A stretch of DNA of 35,532 bases. Origin: an uncultured Candidatus Saccharibacteria bacterium. Lineage in GTDB: Bacteria > Patescibacteriota > Minisyncoccia > JAHISW01 > Tagabacteraceae. The stretch is from positions 1 to 35,532 of the forward strand of contig CAZWRF010000003.1 of NCBI GenBank assembly GCA_964636095.1, read 5' to 3'. This document shows, in pieces, positions 30,156 through 35,532 of the stretch (within the stretch, counting starts at the first letter, position 1; every line of letters begins with the position of its first letter). Both the position numbers and the translations under genes were made by a program. A model generated the notes under the pieces. That model made no database searches. It was not told where the DNA came from and saw only the letters and a list, made by a program, of their open reading frames with translations.

Positions 30156-33100
30156 GGTCCTCGTTTTTTTCCAAAATTACGTTTAATGAAAGTCCTTTAA
30201 GTTCGTTTACTAAAACATGAAAAGAAGCTGGAATATTGGGATTTCTGAAGTTTTCCCCACGAATGATGGCATCAAAAACTCCGGTTCTTCCCAAAACGTC
30301 ATCTGACTTTATTGTGAGCATTTCCTGAAGAGTATGGGCCGCTCCATATCCTTCAAGAGCCCAAACTTCCATTTCACCAAACCTCTGTCCTCCCCCCTGG
30401 GCCTTACCTCCCAAAGGCTGCTGAGTAATAAGAGAATACGGGCCAACGGACCTCATGTGAAGCTTGTCTTCAACCATGTGAATAAGTTTCATCATGTAAA
30501 TCTGCCCTACTGCCACTTTTTGAGTGAACGATTCTCCTGTGCGGCCGTCAAAAAGCTTTACTTTCCCGTCTTCCGGCAAACCGGCGGCTTTCAATTCCTC
30601 TCTTATCTCACTCTCGGTAACTCCGGCAAACGGAGGAGTAATAGCCTGGTACTTTAACCTTTCGGCCGCCCAGCCAAGATGTGTTTCAAGAATTTGCCCT
30701 ATATTCATTCGAGATGCCACCCCCAAAGGGTTGAGAATAATGTCAACCGGCGTACCATCTTCAAGATACGGCATATCTTCAATGGGCAAAATTTTTGAAA
30801 TAACTCCTTTATTCCCGTGGCGTCCGGCAAGCTTGTCTCCAACAGAAACTTTTCTAAGCTGGGCCAGTTCAACTCTTATCTCTTTTATCACTCCCGTCTC
30901 AAGCTTGTCTCCCCTTTCCCTTGAGAAAACCTTTACTCCGATAACGCGCCCTCTTTTCCCGTGTTCAAGACGAAGAGAAGTATCTTTTACTTCTCTGGCT
31001 TTTTCTCCGAAAATTGACCGAAGAAGCCTTTCTTCGGGAGTAAGCTCTACTTCTCCCTTCGGCGATATCTTTCCCACCAAAATGTCACCGGCTCTTACTT
31101 CAGCCCCAACTCTAACTATGCCCTCTTCATCCAAATCTTTCAGTTTGTCTTCGCCAACGTTTGGAATATCATAAGTGGTAATTTCGGGGCCAAGTTTTGT
31201 GTCGCGCACTTTTATGGCAAATTCTTCAATGTGAATTGAGGTGAAAGTATCTTTTTCTACCAGGCGCTCGGAAAGTATAATAGCGTCTTCAAAGTTTGCG
31301 CCGCCCCAGGAGAGAAAAGCCACCAGAATATTTTTACCCAAGGCCAACTGTCCGTTTTCGGTTGAGCTGCTGTCGGCCATAACTTGGCCTTTTTTAACGG
31401 TGTCGCCAACGTCCACTATGGGACCCTGGTCTATTATTGTAAAATCGTTTGATCTTAAAAAATTAACTAGCGGATAATTTTTGTCTTTGCCCGTTTTATT
31501 CTTTACAATTATCTTTTCTGCGTCAACATATTTTACGGTACCCTCTTCCTCAGCAATAACAAGCCGTCCGCTATCACGGGCCGCTTTTTCTTCCCACCCC
31601 GTTGAAACCAGAGGCGTTTCAGGCCTAAGACAAGGAACTGCCTGCCTTTGCATGTTTGACCCCATCAGCGCCCTGTTAGCGTCGTCGTGCTCCAAAAAAG
31701 GAATAAGAGAAGTTGCCACGCTAAATCCCTGCTGTGAAGATACGTCTATAAAATCCACTTCGTTTTTGGCCACAATGCCGGGCTGAAGGCCGGCTCTGGC
31801 TTCAACTTCTTTGTCAGTGATATTTCCATCCTTATCGTAATTGATGCCGGCATGAGCTATATTGTATTTCGATTCCTCAAAGGCATCCAAATAAACAATT
31901 TCTCCGGTAATCTTCCCGTTTTTTATCCGTCTGTATGGTGTTTCTAAAATGCCGTATTCATTAAGGCGAGCATAAGTAGAGAGGTGTACAACCAATCCTA
32001 TATTCGGACCCTCGGGCGTTTCAATGGGACAAATACGACCGTAGTGAGACGGGTGAACATCACGAACCTCAAATCCTGCCCTTTCTCTGGTAAGCCCTCC
32101 GGGGCCAAGCGCGGTAAGCCTTCGCAAGTGTTCAAGCTCAGAAAGAACATTTTCCTGACTCATAAACTGAGAGAGCTGATTGGTAGCAAAAAATTCTTTT
32201 ACTATAGCCGAAAAAGGACGGGCATTTACAAGTTGAACAGAGGTGAGGGTTTCGGCGTCCAAGGTAGACATTCTGTCCTGAATTGCCTTTCTCATTCTGG
32301 TCATACCGACCCTCAATCTTTCCTGAAGCAGCTCTCCTATGGCTCTTATGCGCCTGTTTCCAAGATGGTCAATGTCGTCGGCTTCCGCCATTGGATTGTC
32401 GTTCAATTTTATTATTTCAGAGATAACAGCAATCAGGTCGTCCTTTGTAATTACACGAGGCTCGTTTTTAACGTTGTCCATGGGAAACCCGAGACGCTGG
32501 TTGAGCTTGTAACGCCCCACTTTTGAAAGATCATACCTGGATTCGTTAAACATGGCTTCAAGAAGCTCTTTGGCATTTTGAACAGTAGCCAGCTCGCCCG
32601 GCCTTATTCGCTTGAAAAGCTCTATAAAGGCCTCGTCGGAGCTTTTGGTCTCATCTTTTTCAAGAGTTTGCCTTATATAATCAACGTCTCCGAATTTTAC
32701 TTTTTTAAAAGCATCGAGAATATCCTCGGTTGTTGAAAGTCCAAAAATTCTTAAAAGAGTGGTTACGGCCACTTTTCTTTTTCTGTCTATGCGAACAAAA
32801 ATGGCGCCGTCAGATTCAGTTTCCATTTCAATCCAAGCGCCTCTATTGGGTATTATTTTTGCTCCAAAATTCTTCTTTCCTCTGTAAATGTTCATCGTAA
32901 AATACGCGCCAAAAGAGCGAGCCAGTTGAGAAACTATTACACGCTCTACTCCGTTGACCACAAACGTACCATGATTTGTCATCAGGGGAAAATCCGCTAG
33001 AAAAATTTCGTGTTCTTTTGTTTCTTTTGTAACTTTGTTTTTGAGGCGGACTTGTACTTTAAGCGACGCTTCATATGACATGCTGTTGGCCTTGGCATAA

Positions 33101-33324
33101 TATTCATCGTGCTTGGGTTCTTCAATGGTAAAGCCCACGAAGTCCAACTCAAATTCTTTTTCAGCATAATCTTTTATGGGAGAAAATTCTTTGAATAACT
33201 CGGTCAGACCATCTTTAAGAAGCCAGTCAAACGATTTAAGCTGAACTTCTATAAGCTCCGGCGTTTCCGCAAGCGGCTGCTTATACTTTGAAAAGTATTT
33301 CTTTTCGAGCGCTGTAATTGACAT
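30145..33324 (-). CDS. rpoB: DNA-directed RNA polymerase subunit beta
   Basis: 1059 aa. Motifs: [67 protein letters not shown]. The stop overlaps the rpoC start by 11 nt. Confidence 0.98.
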   Translation of the reverse strand: MSITALEKKYFSKYKQPLAETPELIEVQLKSFDWLLKDGLTELFKEFSPIKDYAEKEFELDFVGFTIEEPKHDEYYAKANSMSYEASLKVQVRLKNKVTKETKEHEIFLADFPLMTNHGTFVVNGVERVIVSQLARSFGAYFTMNIYRGKKNFGAKIIPNRGAWIEMETESDGAIFVRIDRKRKVAVTTLLRIFGLSTTEDILDAFKKVKFGDVDYIRQTLEKDETKSSDEAFIELFKRIRPGELATVQNAKELLEAMFNESRYDLSKVGRYKLNQRLGFPMDNVKNEPRVITKDDLIAVISEIIKLNDNPMAEADDIDHLGNRRIRAIGELLQERLRVGMTRMRKAIQDRMSTLDAETLTSVQLVNARPFSAIVKEFFATNQLSQFMSQENVLSELEHLRRLTALGPGGLTRERAGFEVRDVHPSHYGRICPIETPEGPNIGLVVHLSTYARLNEYGILETPYRRIKNGKITGEIVYLDAFEESKYNIAHAGINYDKDGNITDKEVEARAGLQPGIVAKNEVDFIDVSSQQGFSVATSLIPFLEHDDANRALMGSNMQRQAVPCLRPETPLVSTGWEEKAARDSGRLVIAEEEGTVKYVDAEKIIVKNKTGKDKNYPLVNFLRSNDFTIIDQGPIVDVGDTVKKGQVMADSSSTENGQLALGKNILVAFLSWGGANFEDAIILSERLVEKDTFTSIHIEEFAIKVRDTKLGPEITTYDIPNVGEDKLKDLDEEGIVRVGAEVRAGDILVGKISPKGEVELTPEERLLRSIFGEKAREVKDTSLRLEHGKRGRVIGVKVFSRERGDKLETGVIKEIRVELAQLRKVSVGDKLAGRHGNKGVISKILPIEDMPYLEDGTPVDIILNPLGVASRMNIGQILETHLGWAAERLKYQAITPPFAGVTESEIREELKAAGLPEDGKVKLFDGRTGESFTQKVAVGQIYMMKLIHMVEDKLHMRSVGPYSLITQQPLGGKAQGGGQRFGEMEVWALEGYGAAHTLQEMLTIKSDDVLGRTGVFDAIIRGENFRNPNIPASFHVLVNELKGLSLNVILEKNEDHEH

Positions 33325-33462
33325 AGCAAAATAAAGTACAAAAAGAACCCTTTTTTAACTTGGGTCGTATTTTTTGCTTATTTTATTATTGAAACATTGG
33401 GTGTTTAGACACCTTATATTTTATTGTAATCTTTTAAACAGAGGGCCGCAAGGGACCAAACT

Positions 33463-33471
33463 TGTGGATAA
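33463..33471 (-). promoter_or_regulatory. Perfect DnaA box (TTATCCACA on the minus strand), proximal copy, overlapping the putative rpoB -10/+1
   Basis: Plus strand reads TGTGGATAA. It is part of the 11-mer TTGTGGATAAC (33462-33472), which recurs identically at 33533-33543. Confidence 0.5.
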
Positions 33472-33499
33472 CCTAGCACAAATGTCCAAAATGTGTCAA
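33470..33499 (-). promoter_or_regulatory. Candidate rpoBC promoter
   Basis: Minus strand: TTGACA (33499-33494), 18-nt spacer ending in TGC, then TAGGTT (33475-33470). The predicted leader to the rpoB ATG is about 135 nt and AT-rich. Confidence 0.4.
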
Positions 33500-33535
33500 C
33501 CCCCACCTCAGGACCGGATCTTGAGGTGGGGGTTG
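33497..33535. repeat. Perfect 14-bp inverted repeat (CAACCCCCACCTCA / TGAGGTGGGGGTTG) with an 11-nt loop
   Basis: Read directly from the sequence. Unlike the terminators in this window, it has no flanking A/T runs. Its arms overlap the -35 hexamer and the distal DnaA-box repeat. Confidence 0.85.
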
Positions 33536-33542
33536 TGGATAA
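33534..33542 (-). promoter_or_regulatory. Perfect DnaA box (TTATCCACA on the minus strand), distal copy
   Basis: Plus strand reads TGTGGATAA within the second copy of TTGTGGATAAC. It has the same orientation as the proximal copy, 71 bp away. Confidence 0.5.
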
Positions 33543-33563
33543 CTTTTTACTCGGACTTTGTAT

Positions 33564-33600
33564 AAAACCCCCTATCGGACATGTCCGATAGGGGGTTTTT
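33564..33600. terminator. Bidirectional intrinsic terminator after the HAD hydrolase gene
   Basis: AAAA-CCCCCTATCGGACA/TGTCCGATAGGGGG-TTTTT. This is a 28-nt perfect palindrome lying directly after the minus-strand stop at 33602. Confidence 0.7.
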
Positions 33601-33601
33601 A

Positions 33602-34258
33602 CTATAGTTTTTTTAAAAATTTTGGCAGTTGCTTTACAGATTTGATAATATTTTCTTTTTTTACTCCGGCTTCAATAAAATCCTTTCTTTTCAAAGGACC
33701 GGTAAGTACTCCGACAAAAGACATTCCTGTACCCTGAGTCGCCTCGTAATCAATCAGGGTATCGCCTACATAAATAATTTCATTTTCGCATATTCCATTT
33801 TTAAAAGCCAAAGAAATAGGAACCATAAAAACGAGAGGATTGGGCTTTGAAAAGCTGTTCGCCTTGCGGCCGAAAATTATATCGAATTTTTCCAGTTCAA
33901 GTCCGGATAATCCATACGAATACCAAAGGGAATCTTCCATGCGGTTTGTTATAAGACCCAAAAAATATTCTTTTTTCTTCAACTGCAACAAAACTTCATT
34001 CATTCCCGGTACAAGGGGAAGCTTTATATCATTGAATCCCATTTTAAGAAAAAGGCGCTCAAATTCTTTTGCATCAATACCCGGCCACATTTTTTCCAAA
34101 AATTTAATCCATGCATGCCCCCAGTATTTTTTAACCTTCTCCTCGCTGAAAACCAGTCCCATTTCTTCTGCCACAATTTTGTGCGCTCTTATCCCTTCTT
34201 CATATGAATCAATGAGCGTTCCGTCTCCGTCAAAAAAAATAGCCTTTATTTTTTTCAA
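33602..34258 (-). CDS. HAD-superfamily hydrolase (phosphatase or beta-phosphoglucomutase-like subfamily IA)
   Basis: 218 aa. Motif I FFDGDGTLIDS, motif II LITNR, motif III/IV KPNP...YVGDTLIDYEA. The start is a TTG (complement of 34256-34258), and no nearby ATG exists. Confidence 0.8.
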   Translation of the reverse strand: MKKIKAIFFDGDGTLIDSYEEGIRAHKIVAEEMGLVFSEEKVKKYWGHAWIKFLEKMWPGIDAKEFERLFLKMGFNDIKLPLVPGMNEVLLQLKKKEYFLGLITNRMEDSLWYSYGLSGLELEKFDIIFGRKANSFSKPNPLVFMVPISLAFKNGICENEIIYVGDTLIDYEATQGTGMSFVGVLTGPLKRKDFIEAGVKKENIIKSVKQLPKFLKKL

Positions 34259-34332
34259 AATATACCGCCTTCTAAAATTTTCAAAGATAAAAAACTTAAT
34301 TTGGTTCAGTTTAGCACGTTGTGATTTTTTGT

Positions 34333-34830
34333 CTATCTCAAGAATGGATTATGCTTTCTCTCTTCGCCTACAGTGCTTTCTTCCCCGTGACCGGGATAAA
34401 TTTTGAAATCATCAGAAAAATCCATAAGCCTTTGAAGCGATTTTTTCATTTCCGCATAGTTGCCTCCGGGCAAATCCGTCCTTCCAATGGAGCCCTTAAA
34501 CAGCGTATCTCCCGTAAAAATAACTTTTGAATTTTTTTCCACAAAGCAAACACCGTCCTTTGTGTGGCCAGGGGTTTCAATAACCTCAAAAAAAGAAGGA
34601 TCTGAAACCTGAATATTAAGCTCTTTCTTGAGCTCTTCAACCGCTCCGGTGTGGTCAAAATGAGAATGTGTCAAAGATATACATTCGGGCTTTAAATTGG
34701 TTTTTTTAATAGCATCAATGATTTTTCCAGCCTCATCTCCGGGGTCTATAATAACGCAGGCGCTTTGCCTGGCTACTACGTAGCAGTTTGTTTGTATGGA
34801 GCCGACGATAATTTTGTATATTTTGAGCAT
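34333..34830 (-). CDS. Metallo-beta-lactamase fold hydrolase (glyoxalase II-like), short form
   Basis: MLKIYKIIVGSIQTNCYVV is a typical MBL N-terminus. Motifs THSHFDHTG, ETPGHT and GDTLFKGSIGRTDLPGG are present. The track ORF extends to 34962, but that extension overlaps the SD-supported 63-aa ORF and has no MBL similarity. Confidence 0.75.
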   Translation of the reverse strand: MLKIYKIIVGSIQTNCYVVARQSACVIIDPGDEAGKIIDAIKKTNLKPECISLTHSHFDHTGAVEELKKELNIQVSDPSFFEVIETPGHTKDGVCFVEKNSKVIFTGDTLFKGSIGRTDLPGGNYAEMKKSLQRLMDFSDDFKIYPGHGEESTVGEERKHNPFLR

Positions 34831-34880
34831 ATTTATTATTTTAGCACAAATTTCAGCCCGGCCGCTTATTGCGATCGGGC

Positions 34881-35072
34881 TTATTTTTTGCCTCTTTTCC
34901 GGAGGCATTCCAGTTTGTGCCTGGGGCGCGTCATTCTTCTCTTCTCTTTGTCTTCTTCCCACTCAACTTTTGTCATATCGTCGGGTCTTCTTTTCTCTTT
35001 TTGCTTTCCTTCAATTTTAGGCCCCCAGTATTCTACTCTTTCTCTTTTCTTTCGCTCCAGTTCAATATTCAT
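34881..35072 (-). CDS. Small highly charged, basic protein of 63 aa, unknown function
   Basis: ATG at 35072 with a near-ideal SD (AGGAG, 7-nt spacer). Sequence: MNIELERKKRERVEYWGPKIEGKQKEKRRPDDMTKVEWEEDKEKRRMTRPRHKLECLRKRGKK. It lies between secF and the MBL gene. Confidence 0.45.
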   Translation of the reverse strand: MNIELERKKRERVEYWGPKIEGKQKEKRRPDDMTKVEWEEDKEKRRMTRPRHKLECLRKRGKK

Positions 35073-35094
35073 TTTCTTTCTCCTTTCTTTATTT

Positions 35095-35532
35095 TTATTT
35101 TCTCTTGTCTCTTTCTTGCCATTTTTGCCACGTTACCAAAAGCGGGCTGGCAATGAAAAGAGATGAATAGGTTCCAAAAATTATTCCCAAAATAAGAGTG
35201 AGGGTGAAGTATTTCGTAGTATCGCCGCCGAATATGAAAAGAGAAAAGAGCACCAAAAGAATGGCCAAGCTTGTCTTTACAGAACGACCCATCACCTGTC
35301 TAAGGCTTTTTTCCACTGTGTCCTCAAAAGAAGTACCGATTCCTCTTCTTAAATTTTCCCTTGCTCTATCAAAAACAACAATAGTATCGTGAACAGAAAA
35401 GCCTAGAATAGTAAGAAGGGCAGTAACGAAAAGAATATCCACTTCAATATTGTAAAAATGGCCAAGGACAGCAAAAACACCCACCGGCAAACCGACAGCG
35501 TGAATAAGAGAAGCAATAGCCTCCACTCCATA
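35095..35532 (-). CDS. secF: Protein translocase subunit SecF (or SecDF C-terminal part), N-terminus beyond the right edge
   Basis: The reading frame is open to the window end. The sequence LTILGFSVHDTIVVFDRARENL...SLRQVMGRSVKTSL...GTYSSLFIASPLL matches the conserved SecF C-terminal TM region. Confidence 0.85.
   Translation of the reverse strand, partial: YGVEAIASLIHAVGLPVGVFAVLGHFYNIEVDILFVTALLTILGFSVHDTIVVFDRARENLRRGIGTSFEDTVEKSLRQVMGRSVKTSLAILLVLFSLFIFGGDTTKYFTLTLILGIIFGTYSSLFIASPLLVTWQKWQERDKRK

Noticed and set aside
29490-32526. Long plus-strand ORFs inside rpoC/rpoB (29490..30200 at 236 aa, 30524..31174 at 216 aa, 31984..32526 at 180 aa).
   Set aside because: They are antisense to unmistakable rpoC/rpoB coding sequence. 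Their products are low-complexity Ser/Phe/Leu/Pro-rich strings, as expected from the complement of Lys/Glu-rich codons. They have no SD or promoter signals.
33501-33530. The hairpin loop CAGGACCGGA looked faintly like the SRP RNA apical region.
   Set aside because: It has no conserved SRP domain IV motifs (GGAA/AGCA symmetric loop context). The stem is a simple perfect repeat, and the element is too short.
33350-33543. Interpretation of the DnaA boxes plus the AT-rich tract as the chromosomal origin (oriC).
   Set aside because: There are only two boxes and no dnaA or dnaN nearby. Genes on both sides (rpoB and the HAD/MBL/secF genes) lie on the same strand, so there is no leading-strand orientation switch. 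This is kept as a minority possibility, testable by GC skew.
33840-34406. A 188-aa plus-strand ORF overlapping the HAD hydrolase gene.
   Set aside because: It is antisense to a gene with clear HAD motifs. Its composition is low-complexity Ser/Phe-rich, and it runs across the intergenic spacer.
34831-34962. A 44-aa N-terminal extension of the MBL ORF (MGRRQREEKNDAPQ...).
   Set aside because: It has no MBL similarity and overlaps the SD-supported 63-aa ORF in another frame. The internal Met gives the canonical MBL N-terminus (MLKIYKIIVGSIQTNCYVV).

Overview
This is an AT-rich, very gene-dense bacterial chromosome segment. It consists almost entirely of core information-processing and envelope genes: rnhB (partial), dnaE, thrS, gyrB, pheS/pheT, lepA, murJ, dnaG, rpoB/rpoC and secF (partial). 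It also carries RNase P RNA (rnpB) and one tRNA-Gly(CCC). The genetic code is standard, with TGA used as a stop. Several proteins are short for their families: a 401-aa ThrRS with no TGS or editing domains, a 239-aa PheS, a 628-aa PheT, a 1059-aa RpoB and a 1244-aa RpoC. Gene order differs from model bacteria (pheST-gyrB operon; rpoBC without rplKAJL), and neighbouring genes often overlap by 4-26 nt. This pattern fits a streamlined, possibly Patescibacteria/CPR-like genome, but that is inference only, since no search was run. I found no CRISPR array, transposase, integrase, phage module or recognisable defence or toxin genes, so I do not claim a novel multi-gene system. The most unexplained structure lies upstream of rpoB. 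Two identical 11-mers carrying perfect DnaA boxes bracket a perfect 14-bp GC-rich hairpin and a TTGACA/extended -10 promoter. Other points worth a second look: (1) two sugar-phosphate-synthase-like glycosyltransferases, one GpgS/GT81-like gene overlapping a half-size MFS gene and one SPS-like GT4 whose 3' end overlaps the tRNA on the opposite strand; (2) an orphan TldD-like peptidase with a poly-Asp insertion; (3) several orphan and small ORFs, some with good SD support; (4) a recurrent TTKTGCTAnnnT promoter-like motif with apparently leaderless starts.
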